From Escherichia coli (GTDB lineage: Bacteria; Pseudomonadota; Gammaproteobacteria; Enterobacterales; Enterobacteriaceae): DNA of 64,000 nucleotides. Within the stretch, counting starts at the first letter, position 1. Every line of letters begins with the position of its first letter. Location: the NCBI RefSeq assembly GCF_044324785.1, contig NZ_CP172127.1; one strand, given 5' to 3'. Made by a program: the position numbers and the translations under genes. Positions 11,575-22,531 of the stretch are shown here, in pieces. Below the pieces are notes generated by a model. The model was not told the DNA's origin. It saw only the letters and a list, made by a program, of their open reading frames with translations, and did no database searches.

Positions 11575-12237
11575 TTACTTTATTTTATAAAATGACAGCC
11601 GCCCGCTTTTCGGCGATCCGGTATCAATATAAATCTGGTTAGCGAACGTCTGAATGTTATCAAACATCATATGTCCAAATATAAAATAATCAGCGCCGTT
11701 TATTTGTTGTAACTCGCCATTAAGCGATTTCTGCACACGATCAACAGGCCAGAGTAATTCTCTCTCCGCTATTTCTTTGCCAAAGAGATATTCATTCCCC
11801 GGATAATCTGCATGTGCGATGACATATTTTATTATGTCGTTAGTGATTTCAATAATATGTGGAAGGTGATGAAATCTCAGCAACAGATCTATTGCTTCTT
11901 GTTGTTCCGTCTCATTTAATTCAAAGAACCAGTCGCCGCCGCTGGCAAGCCACATATTGCCATCGCCGGTCGCGAACGCATCCAACGCCATCGCTTCATG
12001 GTTGCCTTTAACCGATGTAAACCAGGGCTGGTTTAGCAGGCGCAGCACGTTAAGACTCTCCGGCCCACGATCAATATTATCGCCGACAGAAATAAGTAAG
12101 TCGGTTTCAGGGCAAAAAGAGAGTTGATGTAAGCGAGATTGTAATAATTTATAGTCACCATGAATATCACCAACGGCCCATATATGGCGATAGTGATGGG
12201 CATCAATTATTTGATAGCGAGTGGTAGACATTTGCAT
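11575..12237 (-). CDS. pphB: Serine/threonine protein phosphatase 2
   Basis: 220 aa metallophosphatase with GDIHGD and GNHE motifs; AT-rich codon usage. Confidence 0.88.
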   Translation of the reverse strand: MQMSTTRYQIIDAHHYRHIWAVGDIHGDYKLLQSRLHQLSFCPETDLLISVGDNIDRGPESLNVLRLLNQPWFTSVKGNHEAMALDAFATGDGNMWLASGGDWFFELNETEQQEAIDLLLRFHHLPHIIEITNDIIKYVIAHADYPGNEYLFGKEIAERELLWPVDRVQKSLNGELQQINGADYFIFGHMMFDNIQTFANQIYIDTGSPKSGRLSFYKIK

Positions 12238-12323
12238 AGACTCAAATTTATATGAATGTATTATTATATCAGACCAGGGTATTGAAGTCTCTGGAGTAAT
12301 AAATTACAAAAGGATGTTTTAAA

Positions 12324-12857
12324 ATGCTGAGATATTTCTATGCTTTCCTGTTAGTTTTTTGTTTTTTCACCTCTAATGTACACGCTGCATCTATAGAAGA
12401 AATAAATCGTTTCGAAAAACTTATAACCGAAGGTGATGTAATTGAGTGTACAGCGCATTTCAGTCAGACGGAGAATAACGAAACATACCAACTTAACCTT
12501 TTGGGAATAATGAAAGTTACTTACTCTGGGGAAAGTGAAAAACGCTACCACTCGACACAATATTATCGTTTAGACGGCTTCAAAATTCCCTTTATCCGTT
12601 ATGAGATGGATATCATCGCTACTCATGAAAAATCGAAGTTAAAAGAAGAGATTGTGCCTGACAGCGTACAGGTATTTTATCCTTCAGCACCAGAGCAAGA
12701 AGCGATATTAGCAGAAGCTGTACGGAAAACCGCACCAATGTCTATTGATAATGACGATATCACATTTACGACATTTCCTGATTACCAGGTGAAAGTGAAA
12801 TCCCCCTCTATGCCAGAAGCGATGACTCAGTATTGCCAGGTGCAAACGAAAAAGTAG
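12324..12857 (+). CDS. Hypothetical secreted protein (predicted signal peptide, unknown function)
   Basis: 177 aa; N-terminal hydrophobic segment ending VHA-AS; AAGGA RBS 9 bp upstream; AT-rich; no domain recognised. Confidence 0.6.
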   Translation: MLRYFYAFLLVFCFFTSNVHAASIEEINRFEKLITEGDVIECTAHFSQTENNETYQLNLLGIMKVTYSGESEKRYHSTQYYRLDGFKIPFIRYEMDIIATHEKSKLKEEIVPDSVQVFYPSAPEQEAILAEAVRKTAPMSIDNDDITFTTFPDYQVKVKSPSMPEAMTQYCQVQTKK

Positions 12858-12866
12858 TGAATAAAC

Positions 12867-12889
12867 CCGACGGCATTGTGCCGTCGGGC
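12867..12889. terminator. Hairpin between convergent hypothetical ORF and mutS
   Basis: cccgacggca-ttg-tgccgtcggg perfect inverted repeat. Confidence 0.5.
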
Positions 12890-12898
12890 ATGTCAGGT

Positions 12899-15460
12899 TT
12901 ACACCAGACTCTTCAAGCGATAAATCCATTCCAGCGCCTGACGCGGGGTGAGTGAATCCGGGTCCAGGTTTTCCAGTGCCTCGACCGCAGGCGACGTTTC
13001 TTCTGGCACTGACAGCAAAGACATTTGCGTACCATCCACTTGCGTAGCGGCGGCGTTCGGCGAAATGCTTTCCAGCTCACGCAGTTTTTGCCGTGCGCGC
13101 TTAATAACCTCTTTTGGCACGCCCGCCAGAGCTGCAACCGCCAGGCCGTAGCTTTTGCTCGCCGCGCCATCCTGCACGCTGTGCATAAAGGCAATGGTGT
13201 CGCCGTGCTCCAGTGCATCGAGATGCACGTTGGCGACGCCTTCCATTTTCTCCGGTAACTGGGTCAGCTCGAAATAGTGGGTGGCAAACAGCGTCAACGC
13301 TTTAATCTTATTCGCCAGATTTTCCGCGCACGCCCACGCCAGCGACAGACCATCGTAAGTGGAGGTTCCGCGCCCAATCTCATCCATCAGCACCAGACTG
13401 TACTCGGTGGCGTTATGCAGAATATTGGCGGTTTCGGTCATCTCCACCATAAAGGTTGAACGCCCGGATGCCAGATCATCCGCTGCCCCTACGCGGGTAA
13501 AGATGCGATCGATAGGTCCAATCTCGACTTTTTGTGCCGGTACATAGCTGCCGATGTAGGCCATCAGCGCAATCAGTGCGGTCTGGCGCATATAGGTACT
13601 TTTACCGCCCATATTCGGACCGGTAATGATCAACATGCGACGCTGCGGCGACAGGTTCAGCGGGTTGGCGATAAATGGCTCGTTTAGTACCTGTTCAACC
13701 ACCGGATGGCGGCCTTCGGTGATGCGAATACCCGGTTTATCAATGAAGGTCGGGCAGGTGTAGTTCAGGGTATAGGCCCGTTCCGCCAGGTTAACCAGCA
13801 CATCAAGTTCCGCCAGCGCGCTCGCGCTCTGTTGCAACGCTTCCAGATGCGGCAACAGCAGGTCGAACAGCTCTTCATAAAGTTGTTTTTCCAGTGCCAG
13901 TGCTTTGCCTTTTGAGGTGAGAACTTTATCTTCGTACTCTTTTAGCTCTGGAATGATGTAGCGCTCGGCGTTTTTCAGCGTCTGGCGACGCATGTAGTTG
14001 ATGGGTGCCAGATGGCTTTGTCCACGGCTGATCTGAATGTAATAACCATGAACCGCGTTAAAGCCGACTTTCAGCGTGTCCAGGCCAGTACGTTCACGCT
14101 CGCGGACTTCCAGACGCTCCAGATAATCGGTCGCGCCATCAGCCAGCGCGCGCCACTCATCCAGCTCTTCGTTATAGCCCGGTGCGATAACACCACCGTC
14201 GCGTACCAGCACTGGCGGTGTGTCGATGATTGCTCGCTCCAGCAGATCGCGCAGCTCGGCAAACTCGCCCATTTTTTCACGCAGCGCCTGTACCGGAGCG
14301 CTATCGACATTTTCTAATAGCGCACGCAGCTCCGGCAGTTGCTGGAAAGCGTGACGCATACGGGCCAGATCGCGTGGGCGAGCAGTTCGTAAAGCCAGAC
14401 GCGCCAGAATACGTTCCAGGTCGCCGACCTGACGCAGTACCGGCTGCAGCTCGGCGGTGAAATCCTGCAATGCGCCAATAGTTTGCTGGCGCTCAAGCAA
14501 CACGCGGGTATCGCGCACTGGCATATGCAGCCAGCGTTTCAGCATACGGCTGCCCATCGGCGTGACGGTGCAGTCGAGCACAGAAGCCAGCGTATTTTCC
14601 GCACCACCCGCCAGATTCTGGGTGATTTCCAGATTACGACGCGTCGCGGCATCCATAATGATGCTGTCCTGCTCACGTTCCATAGTGATAGAACGAATAT
14701 GCGGCAGAGTCGTACGTTGGGTATCTTTCGCATACTGCAACAGACAACCGGCAGCACAAAGTCCGCGCGGCGCGTTCTCGACGCCAAAACCGACCAGATC
14801 GCGGGTCCCAAATTGCAGATTCAACTGCTGGCGCGCGGTGTCGATTTCAAACTCCCACAGCGGGCGACGGCGCAGGCCGCGACGGCCTTCAATTAACGAC
14901 ATTTCAGCAAAATCTTCTGCATATAGCAGTTCCGCCGGATTAGTGCGTTGCAGTTCTGCCGCCATCGTTTCCCGGTCAGCCGGTTCGCTCAGGCGAAAAC
15001 GACCGGAACTGATATCCAGCGTCGCGTAGCCGAAACCTTTACTGTCCTGCCAGATAGCCGCCAGCAGATTGTCCTGGCGCTCTTGTAACAGGGCTTCATC
15101 GCTGATGGTGCCTGGCGTAACGATACGCACAACTTTGCGCTCAACTGGACCTTTGCTGGTCGCCGGATCGCCAATTTGTTCGCAGATGGCAACGGACTCG
15201 CCCTGATTCACCAGTTTGGCGAGGTAGTTTTCCACCGCATGGTAGGGGATCCCCGCCATCGGGATCGGCTCTCCCGCGGAAGCACCGCGTTTGGTCAGTG
15301 AAATATCCAGCAGCTGCGACGCGCGTTTTGCGTCGTCATAAAACAGTTCATAAAAATCACCCATCCGGTAAAACAGCAGGATCTCGGGATGCTGGGCTTT
15401 CAGCTTGAGATACTGCTGCATCATTGGCGTATGGGCATCGAAATTTTCTATTGCACTCAT
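12899..15460 (-). CDS. mutS: DNA mismatch repair protein MutS
   Basis: 853 aa; Walker [10 protein letters not shown]; full-length match to MutS. Confidence 0.97.
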   Translation of the reverse strand: MSAIENFDAHTPMMQQYLKLKAQHPEILLFYRMGDFYELFYDDAKRASQLLDISLTKRGASAGEPIPMAGIPYHAVENYLAKLVNQGESVAICEQIGDPATSKGPVERKVVRIVTPGTISDEALLQERQDNLLAAIWQDSKGFGYATLDISSGRFRLSEPADRETMAAELQRTNPAELLYAEDFAEMSLIEGRRGLRRRPLWEFEIDTARQQLNLQFGTRDLVGFGVENAPRGLCAAGCLLQYAKDTQRTTLPHIRSITMEREQDSIIMDAATRRNLEITQNLAGGAENTLASVLDCTVTPMGSRMLKRWLHMPVRDTRVLLERQQTIGALQDFTAELQPVLRQVGDLERILARLALRTARPRDLARMRHAFQQLPELRALLENVDSAPVQALREKMGEFAELRDLLERAIIDTPPVLVRDGGVIAPGYNEELDEWRALADGATDYLERLEVRERERTGLDTLKVGFNAVHGYYIQISRGQSHLAPINYMRRQTLKNAERYIIPELKEYEDKVLTSKGKALALEKQLYEELFDLLLPHLEALQQSASALAELDVLVNLAERAYTLNYTCPTFIDKPGIRITEGRHPVVEQVLNEPFIANPLNLSPQRRMLIITGPNMGGKSTYMRQTALIALMAYIGSYVPAQKVEIGPIDRIFTRVGAADDLASGRSTFMVEMTETANILHNATEYSLVLMDEIGRGTSTYDGLSLAWACAENLANKIKALTLFATHYFELTQLPEKMEGVANVHLDALEHGDTIAFMHSVQDGAASKSYGLAVAALAGVPKEVIKRARQKLRELESISPNAAATQVDGTQMSLLSVPEETSPAVEALENLDPDSLTPRQALEWIYRLKSLV

Positions 15461-15718
15461 GGGGTTATGTCCGGTTCCCTGATATTAAATGGGGTGTGAT
15501 GGTTTTTATTTTCGTTGTAATCACATAAGGCGCACATGATACCGGAGTTAATCATTTCAGGGGAAGAAGCGAACGGCGAGTTCTTGATGGTGATTCCGGG
15601 AAAGATGCTGTTTTGCAGCTTTTGCGTGATGCTTATGAAGCAAGTACGCAAAATTGTATCAGTTGGCGAACCCTTCTTCTTTAGAGTCATAGTGCCCTTT
15701 AAGATTAAGTTGTAATAT

Positions 15719-15729
15719 AAATGCATCTT
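15719..15729. promoter_or_regulatory. Candidate NsrR half-site (AAATGCATCTT) upstream of ygbA
   Basis: Exact match to one 11-bp half of the NsrR consensus, 17 bp upstream of ygbA ATG; partner half is degenerate. Confidence 0.35.
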
Positions 15730-15746
15730 AATGAGGTGGAGGCAGC

Positions 15747-16091
15747 ATGTCCGGCAAGCGTATCTCTCGTGAAAAACTGACGATTAAAAAAATGATCGAT
15801 CTTTATCAAGCGAAATGCCCGCAGGCGTCAGCGGAGCCGTCGCATTACGACGCGCTGTTTGCCTACGCGCAAAAGCGGCTGGATAAATGTGTGTTCGGCG
15901 AAGAGAAACCAGCCTGTAAGCAGTGTCCGGTGCACTGTTACCAGCCTGCAAAGCGTGAAGAGATGAAACAGATTATGCGTTGGGCCGGGCCGAGAATGCT
16001 GTGGCGTCATCCGATCTTAACCGTGCGTCATCTCATCGATGACAAGCGTCCGGTGCCGGAGTTGCCAGAAAAATATCGTCCAAAGAAATAA
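15747..16091 (+). CDS. ygbA: YgbA, Cys-rich nitrosative-stress-induced protein
   Basis: 114 aa with CPQ...CKQCPVHC cysteine motif; divergent from mutS. Confidence 0.8.
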   Translation: MSGKRISREKLTIKKMIDLYQAKCPQASAEPSHYDALFAYAQKRLDKCVFGEEKPACKQCPVHCYQPAKREEMKQIMRWAGPRMLWRHPILTVRHLIDDKRPVPELPEKYRPKK

Positions 16092-16129
16092 ATCTGCCGG
16101 AGAGCCATACTCTCCGGCAAATAAGGCGT

Positions 16130-16558
16130 TTACGCTTTGGTGGCAATCAGGATGGCTGATGCTTTGATCAATGCAATAACGCGTGAGCCAGTGGTGAGTT
16201 TCATTTCATCCTGACTTTCATTTGTTACCACTGCCACAATTTCAAAACCCGCATCCGTTTTGATATGGACAGTGGCGTTCACTGCGCCTTCGGTGATTGT
16301 CGACACGCTGCCAGCAAACTGGTTGCGAGCAGAGAATTTCAGTCCACAGTCTTCCGTTGCCAGCGTTACCCACGGGGCTTTAATCAGGGCAATCGCTTCT
16401 TTCCCTTTCGCCAGACCCAGCGCTTGCTGGCTGCTGTGAGTCACAATTGCCACCAGCTTTGCACCACCTGCCAGCGTCAGTTCTACTTCATCATTCACAG
16501 CGCCCATTGCTACTGCGCTAACTGTTCCGGTTAATTGATTTCTTGCTGAAACTGCCAT
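16130..16558 (-). CDS. Molbindin: tandem TOBE (Mop) domain molybdate/tungstate-binding protein
   Basis: ORF 16130..16597; start set at ATG 16558 with AAGGAGG RBS; two SARNQ(L/F)-type TOBE repeats; 45 bp downstream of fhlA on same strand. Confidence 0.75.
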   Translation of the reverse strand: MAVSARNQLTGTVSAVAMGAVNDEVELTLAGGAKLVAIVTHSSQQALGLAKGKEAIALIKAPWVTLATEDCGLKFSARNQFAGSVSTITEGAVNATVHIKTDAGFEIVAVVTNESQDEMKLTTGSRVIALIKASAILIATKA

Positions 16559-16602
16559 ACTGCCTCCTTTCATTGAATGTTGATCGAGTATAACCACATC
16601 TG

Positions 16603-18681
16603 TTAAATCAATGCCGATTTATCAATTCCCAGTCGCTTCATCCGTGACAGCAGAGTCGTGCGTTTCAGCCCCAGACGTTGCGCAGCGCCTTTAGGCCCGG
16701 CAACCACGCCGTTAGTTTCTTTCAGCACGCGAACAATCAACTGATATTCATCTTCGCCCTCCTGAGCGACAACCGTTGCGGCAGGCGGCGTTTCTGGTTC
16801 CGGTAAAACAATATCTGGCAATGACAGCTGCAGCACGTTGCCGCGTGTCAGCAATACCGCGCGCTCAATGACGTTTTCCAGTTCGCGCACGTTACCCGGC
16901 CACTCCATGTTGCTCAAGGTGCGCAACGTCTCGGCAGGAATGCTGTCGATATTGCGCCCCAGACGACGGGCAATTTTGAAGGTAAAGGATTTCGCCAGCA
17001 GCGGAATATCTTCCGGACGCTCGCGCAGGGGCGGCAGGTGGATCGGGAATACGTTCAGGCGGTAATAGAGATCGCTACGGAACTCGCGATCGGCGACCAT
17101 TTTTTTCAGATCGCGGTTAGTCGCGGCAATTAAACGCACGTCCGTCTGAATGATTTTGTTGCTGCCGAGACGTTCAAACTCTTGTTCCTGCAATACACGC
17201 AGCAACTTCGGCTGTAACTCCAGTGGCATATCACCCACTTCGTCGAGGAACAGGGAGCTTTTATCCGCCAGTTCAAAACGACCAATGCGCTGGGCGCTGG
17301 CACCGGTAAAAGCCCCACGCTCATGACCAAACAGATCGCTCTCCAGCAATCCGGCAGGCATCGCCGCGCAGTTCATTTTTACCATGCGGCGATTATTACG
17401 CCCACTGAGATTATGGATCGCGCGGGCAATCAGCTCTTTACCTGTACCAGTTTCACCGAGAATCAGCACGGTACTGTCACTTTGCGCCACCATTTCAACT
17501 TGTTTAAGTACGCTGTACATGGCTTCGCTGCGGCCAATAATCTCGCCAAATTCACTATCAACATTGTTGAGCTGCTCGGTCAGGGCGAGGTTTTCATCAA
17601 CCAGCCGTTCTTTCAGACGATGAATTTCCTGATAGGCGAGGGCGTTATCGACAGCGATTGCCACACGTTCGGCAATCTGGCGCAGTAAATTCAGATTGGT
17701 AGTGGTAAAGACTTTCTCTTCGCATTGCGCCAGTTTCAGTACGCCCAGCATGGTGTCGCCAGACATCAGCGGTAACAGGCACAAGGTTTGAATCTGGTTG
17801 CCCCAGGTGTTGAACAACATGCGTTCATAGGGGGCTAAATCGTCCCGCTCGTGGAGATTAATCAACAGCATCTCTTTACTTTTGAAGACGCGTTCGGTGA
17901 GGGTTCCGGCTTCATCGACTTCGCTCTGTTCGTGAGCGGGATGCTGTTTATCAAGATAGTGAGTGGAGTAGATGTTGAGTTTGTTTTTACGGTGGCTGCG
18001 TAAGACGATGCTGATATCGTCAATGTCGAAGTAGTAGTGGATTTCTTTGGCGACTTCGCTGACCAGTTCGTCCATATCCAGGCGGGAAAGCACCGCGTTG
18101 GTAATGGCAACCAGGATGCGGAAGTTATCGCGCTCCCGGCATAACAACTCATAGTCGACATTGTTGACGACGCGGCTCTGGATTTGTTCGGTGACGACAG
18201 AAACGATCTGCGTAAATGTTTGCAGACGATTGAACTCTTTTTCGCTCCAGGGGCGATCGTCATAACGAATAAATTCACAGCCACCAAAAATATGCCCTTC
18301 CGCCGCCAGTGGCATCAGGCAATAGTGACCAAATTTGGGGTATAGCCCACCTGCGGCCAGCTGCGGCCAGGTTTCACAAAATTCTTCGTAACTGCAATGC
18401 AGCGTATCAGGGCGCGACAAAATGCTGCGTACCGGACCGTGTGCCAGAACAGTTTCGTCTTCATATTTAATGGGGGTGTCTTTTTCACGCGATGCGTAAT
18501 AAGACGCACGTTGAGTCTGCGCTTGCCACAACACAATAGCCGCGTTGTCGGCGAGCGCAGAACGCTTTACCAGTTGCGAAAGAGCCTCACACAGCGAGGC
18601 CAGATCGGGCTGCTGCAATAGTGTCCGAGTGATGTCGAACAACCCTTGTTGTCCGAGATCACTCATCGGTGTATATGACAT
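16603..18681 (-). CDS. fhlA: Formate hydrogenlyase transcriptional activator (sigma-54 dependent)
   Basis: ORF 16603..18717; start set at MSYTPMSDLG (692 aa); GAF domains, AAA+ [15 protein letters not shown]-terminal HTH. Confidence 0.95.
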   Translation of the reverse strand: MSYTPMSDLGQQGLFDITRTLLQQPDLASLCEALSQLVKRSALADNAAIVLWQAQTQRASYYASREKDTPIKYEDETVLAHGPVRSILSRPDTLHCSYEEFCETWPQLAAGGLYPKFGHYCLMPLAAEGHIFGGCEFIRYDDRPWSEKEFNRLQTFTQIVSVVTEQIQSRVVNNVDYELLCRERDNFRILVAITNAVLSRLDMDELVSEVAKEIHYYFDIDDISIVLRSHRKNKLNIYSTHYLDKQHPAHEQSEVDEAGTLTERVFKSKEMLLINLHERDDLAPYERMLFNTWGNQIQTLCLLPLMSGDTMLGVLKLAQCEEKVFTTTNLNLLRQIAERVAIAVDNALAYQEIHRLKERLVDENLALTEQLNNVDSEFGEIIGRSEAMYSVLKQVEMVAQSDSTVLILGETGTGKELIARAIHNLSGRNNRRMVKMNCAAMPAGLLESDLFGHERGAFTGASAQRIGRFELADKSSLFLDEVGDMPLELQPKLLRVLQEQEFERLGSNKIIQTDVRLIAATNRDLKKMVADREFRSDLYYRLNVFPIHLPPLRERPEDIPLLAKSFTFKIARRLGRNIDSIPAETLRTLSNMEWPGNVRELENVIERAVLLTRGNVLQLSLPDIVLPEPETPPAATVVAQEGEDEYQLIVRVLKETNGVVAGPKGAAQRLGLKRTTLLSRMKRLGIDKSALI

Positions 18682-18754
18682 TTTGTTCTTCCAGGAAAGC
18701 ACCGCAAAGCGGTGCAAAAGGTCATTGACTAACTATAGGAGATTTAGAATTTTA

Positions 18755-19765
18755 TTAGCATATACGCGGTAACGGTTCGGCGTGTGGTAAATCGAGGGTT
18801 CGTTTCACGCCATACAGACCGGCAAGACGAACACCTTTACGTTCCACCACTTCACCAATCAGCGCCGCGTCTTTTCCCAGTGGATGGGAATGTAACGCTG
18901 CCAGCACTTGCTCTGCCGCGTTGCGTTCAACGGCGATCACCAGTTTGCCTTCGTTGGCAAAGTTAAGGGCGTCCAGTCCCAGCAGTTCGCAAACGCCGCG
19001 CACGGCTGGTTTAACCGGCAGTGCCGCTTCTGAAATTTCAATACCACAACCGCAGGCTGCCGCGAACTCATGTACCACCGCGTTTACACCACCACGGGTG
19101 GCATCACGCAGCGCTTTCACGCCGGGAATGTCACGCAGCGTCTGAATAAGCGGCGTTAGTACCGCACAGTCGCTGACCAGTTCGCCATCCAGCCCCAGCT
19201 GCTCACGCAGGTTAAGGATAGTCGCCCCGTGATCGCCGAGCGTGCCGCTCACCAGCAATACATCGCCTGCGGTTAGCGTCTGTGCGCCCCAGTGAATATT
19301 CGCCGGAATTGCGCCCATGCCAGCGGTGTTGATAAACAGTTTATCTGCCGCGCCGCGCTGCACCACTTTAGTATCGCCAGTGACGATGGCAATGCCTGCC
19401 GCGCGGGCGGTTTCTGCCATGCTGGTCACTACGGCTTTCAGTGTCTCCATCGGCAATCCTTCTTCGAGGATAAAGCCACAGGAGAGATAGCGCGGAATAG
19501 CACCACTGACCGCAACGTCATTCGCGGTGCCGCAAATCGCCAGCTTGCCGATATTACCGCCAGGAAAGAACAGCGGGTCAATGACGTAACTGTCGGTGGA
19601 GAACGCCAGACGGTCGCCTTCCGCTACCAGCTGCGCCAGATCAAGACGGGCCTGATCTTCCTGCTCTGCCAGCCACGGGTTGGCAAAGGCTTCCATAAAC
19701 AGGCTGTTGATTAATTGCTGCATCGCCTGGCCGCCGCTGCCGTGGGCGAGTTGGATATTATTCAC
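18755..19765 (-). CDS. hypE: Hydrogenase maturation factor HypE
   Basis: 336 aa, AIR-synthase-like fold, C-terminal PRIC. Confidence 0.95.
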   Translation of the reverse strand: MNNIQLAHGSGGQAMQQLINSLFMEAFANPWLAEQEDQARLDLAQLVAEGDRLAFSTDSYVIDPLFFPGGNIGKLAICGTANDVAVSGAIPRYLSCGFILEEGLPMETLKAVVTSMAETARAAGIAIVTGDTKVVQRGAADKLFINTAGMGAIPANIHWGAQTLTAGDVLLVSGTLGDHGATILNLREQLGLDGELVSDCAVLTPLIQTLRDIPGVKALRDATRGGVNAVVHEFAAACGCGIEISEAALPVKPAVRGVCELLGLDALNFANEGKLVIAVERNAAEQVLAALHSHPLGKDAALIGEVVERKGVRLAGLYGVKRTLDLPHAEPLPRIC

Positions 19766-20883
19766 GCTTCACTCTCCTGCTGACGATACTGATACCACGC
19801 GGCGCACGCTCCTTCGGAGGAGACCATCAGTGCACCAAAGGCGGTTTGAGGATTACAGGTGTTACCAAATAGCGGGCATTGATGCGGCTTACATTTGCCC
19901 GTTAATACTTCGCCACAACGCGCACGCGGGTCATCGCAGACCTGCTGCGGTGCCGGGCGGAAATGTGCTTCGGCATCGAATCGCTGATAATCCGGCGTCA
20001 GGTGCACGCCAGAAGATTCAATCACGCCTAAGCCGCGCCATTCGCTGTCGCCGTTGACACAGAACACATCGGCAATTGCCTGTTGCGCCAGCAGGTTACC
20101 GGCATCCGGCACTACCCGGCGATACTGATTCTCTACCTTGCTGTGGGCCGCTATTTTCTGCTCCACCAGCATGACCACGCCTTGCAGTAGATCAAGCGGT
20201 TCGAAACCAGCGACCACCAGCGGACGATGAAAATCGCTGGCGATAAAATTATAGGCATCAGTGCCGATGACCATACTGACGTGGCCTGGCGCGAGGAACG
20301 CGTCGATACCGTTATCCGGCTGTTCCAGCAAACTGCGCAGCGTCGGGATAAGCGTAATATGCTGGCAGAAGAAGTAAAAATTCTGCACATCACGCGCTTT
20401 CGCCTGTTGCAGAGTGATGGCCGTCGTCGGCATGGTGGTTTCAAAACCTAAGCCGAAGAACACCACTTTGCGGGTTGGATTCTCCTGCGCCAGTTTCAAC
20501 GCATCCATCGGCGAGTAAACGATGCGCACATCGGCACCGCGTGCTTTTGCCTGCAACAGCGATCCCTGTTTCCCCGGCACGCGCATGGCGTCGCCAAAGG
20601 TACAGAAGATGACTTCCGGATGGCTGGCAATCTCCACGCAGGTGTCGATTCTACCCATCGGCAGTACACACACCGGGCAACCGGGACCGTGGATAAACTC
20701 AACGTTTTCCGGCAGCAACTGGTCGAGGCCGAATTTAAAAATGGCGTGGGTATGACCACCGCACACTTCCATAATCCGCAGAGGGCGTTCGGCGGTGTAA
20801 GAGAGATGTGAAGCACGTTCGCGCAGATGCTCAATTAACTGCATCACCTGTTCCGGCGCGCGATATTCATCAACAAAACGCAT
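19762..20883 (-). CDS. hypD: Hydrogenase maturation factor HypD
   Basis: 373 aa with conserved CGGH, GPGCPVC and CPVC motifs. Confidence 0.95.
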   Translation of the reverse strand: MRFVDEYRAPEQVMQLIEHLRERASHLSYTAERPLRIMEVCGGHTHAIFKFGLDQLLPENVEFIHGPGCPVCVLPMGRIDTCVEIASHPEVIFCTFGDAMRVPGKQGSLLQAKARGADVRIVYSPMDALKLAQENPTRKVVFFGLGFETTMPTTAITLQQAKARDVQNFYFFCQHITLIPTLRSLLEQPDNGIDAFLAPGHVSMVIGTDAYNFIASDFHRPLVVAGFEPLDLLQGVVMLVEQKIAAHSKVENQYRRVVPDAGNLLAQQAIADVFCVNGDSEWRGLGVIESSGVHLTPDYQRFDAEAHFRPAPQQVCDDPRARCGEVLTGKCKPHQCPLFGNTCNPQTAFGALMVSSEGACAAWYQYRQQESEA

Positions 20884-21155
20884 TATTTTTCCTCGCCATA
20901 CAACAGCGCGCCGACATCTGGCTCAACGTCAAACATGTTTTGTAAGGCGTCGAGAGTGTCGCGTGCTTCGGCTTCATTAATTACGCTCATGGCAAAGCCA
21001 ACGTGAACCAGTACCCACTGGCCCACGCGTGGCTGACCGTTTTCATCGCAGCTGCCGACTAACGTTAAATCGACGTCGCGCTGAATGCCGCAGACGTCGA
21101 CTTTCGCCTGGTTGCCGTCAATGGTGCGGATCTGGCCGGGAACGCCTATGCACAT
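20883..21155 (-). CDS. hypC: Hydrogenase maturation factor HypC
   Basis: Start set at MCIGVPG (90 aa) within ORF 20883..21182. Confidence 0.93.
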   Translation of the reverse strand: MCIGVPGQIRTIDGNQAKVDVCGIQRDVDLTLVGSCDENGQPRVGQWVLVHVGFAMSVINEAEARDTLDALQNMFDVEPDVGALLYGEEK

Positions 21156-22018
21156 CGCTGTGTCTCCAGCCAGTTCAGCCACTGGTCCATCCCTTCGCCG
21201 CTGGTGGCGGAAATAAGGATGATTTCAATTTCTGGATTGACTTCGCGGGCGCAGGCGATGCACTTCTCAACGTCAAAGTTGAGATACGGCAACAGGTCAA
21301 CTTTGTTGAGCAGCATCAGCGAGGCGGCGGCAAACATATGCGGATATTTCAGCGGTTTGTCTTCACCTTCGGTAACGGAAAGCACCGCCACTTTGTGTTT
21401 TTCACCGAGATCGAAGCTGGCCGGGCAAACGAGGTTACCAACGTTTTCGATAAACAGAATACCGTTATCGTCCAGTGGCAGGCGCGGCGCGGCGTCGGCA
21501 ATCATCTGTGCGTCAAGATGGCAGCCTTTACCGGTGTTCACCTGAATCGCTGGCGTGCCGGTAGCACGAATGCGCGCGGCATCGTTCACGGTTTGCTGGT
21601 CGCCTTCAATAACTGCGCACGGAACGCTGTCTTTCAGGCGCATTAAGGTTTCCGTCAGCAGTGTGGTTTTACCGGAACCAGGGCTGGAAACCAGGTTGAG
21701 CACCAGTTGCTTGCGGGCAGCAAAGCGCGCGCGGTTGCGTTCAGCCAGACGGTTGTTTTTGTCCAGCACGTCAATTTCAACTTCCAGCATCCGACGCTGG
21801 CTCATGCCCGGCGCGTGAGTACCCGCTTCGCCATGACCGTAATGCAGGTCGCCTTCTTCAGTCTGGCTGGGGGTAAATTCAGGCGCTTTAATGCCGGTGA
21901 TTTTCATCTTCGGGCGTGCCGCCGGGGCAAATGGCGCGCTACGAAACGCGGAATGAGGGTTATGTTCATCACCCTCGATATACAGGTTGCCTTCACCGCA
22001 ACCGCATGTTGTACACAT
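21146..22018 (-). CDS. hypB: Hydrogenase nickel-incorporation GTPase HypB
   Basis: 290 aa; N-terminal MCTTCGC, His-rich stretch, P-loop GSGKTT. Confidence 0.95.
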   Translation of the reverse strand: MCTTCGCGEGNLYIEGDEHNPHSAFRSAPFAPAARPKMKITGIKAPEFTPSQTEEGDLHYGHGEAGTHAPGMSQRRMLEVEIDVLDKNNRLAERNRARFAARKQLVLNLVSSPGSGKTTLLTETLMRLKDSVPCAVIEGDQQTVNDAARIRATGTPAIQVNTGKGCHLDAQMIADAAPRLPLDDNGILFIENVGNLVCPASFDLGEKHKVAVLSVTEGEDKPLKYPHMFAAASLMLLNKVDLLPYLNFDVEKCIACAREVNPEIEIILISATSGEGMDQWLNWLETQRCA

Positions 22019-22021
22019 CGC

Positions 22022-22372
22022 TCACTCCTGGTCTATTTCTATCCGCCGAATCTGTAAACCGTCGTCTGCCACAATCTGTAGCATGTCACCATGACACTGT
22101 GGACAGCGGCGGACGCGCTGGGTCAGTAGCGTCACATACTGTTGGCATGTTTCACACCAGCATTCGGCCTCTTGTTCTTCGAGGTGCAGTTTACAACCTT
22201 CCGCCACGCTGCCGCGGCAAACCAGATCAAAACAAAAGGCAAGAGAGCTGGTTTCGACACAAGAAAATGCGCCAATTTTGAGCCAGACCCCAGTTACGCG
22301 TTTTGCGCCGTGTTTTGCGGCCTGCTGTTCGATCAATTCCAGTGCCCGTTGGCAGAGGGTTATTTCGTGCAT
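22022..22372 (-). CDS. hypA: Hydrogenase nickel-insertion protein HypA
   Basis: Start set at MHEITLCQ (116 aa); zinc finger CxxC...CxxC. Confidence 0.93.
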   Translation of the reverse strand: MHEITLCQRALELIEQQAAKHGAKRVTGVWLKIGAFSCVETSSLAFCFDLVCRGSVAEGCKLHLEEQEAECWCETCQQYVTLLTQRVRRCPQCHGDMLQIVADDGLQIRRIEIDQE

Positions 22373-22401
22373 ATCGCCTCCCATTAACTATTGCCAGCTA
22401 C

Positions 22402-22419
22402 AAGCAATAATTGTGCCAG
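22402..22419 (-). promoter_or_regulatory. Sigma-54 (-24/-12) promoter for hyp operon
   Basis: Reverse complement reads CTGGCACAATTATTGCTTG (TGGCAC-N5-TTGC). Confidence 0.5.
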
Positions 22420-22531
22420 CGTTGATTATCCCTGCGGTGAATAATGTCGATGATGTCGAAATGACACGTCGACACGGCGACGAAATTCATCTTTAGCTTA
22501 AAAATCGCTTTAATAACAATAAATTAAAAGT

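Noticed and set aside
15457-15726. 89-aa minus-strand ORF upstream of mutS
   Set aside because: It occupies the AT-rich divergent mutS/ygbA promoter region and overlaps the mutS start; composition looks non-coding.
15701-15729. Full 11-1-11 NsrR inverted repeat upstream of ygbA
   Set aside because: Only the right half-site matches the consensus exactly; the left half is degenerate or mis-spaced, so only a half-site is reported.
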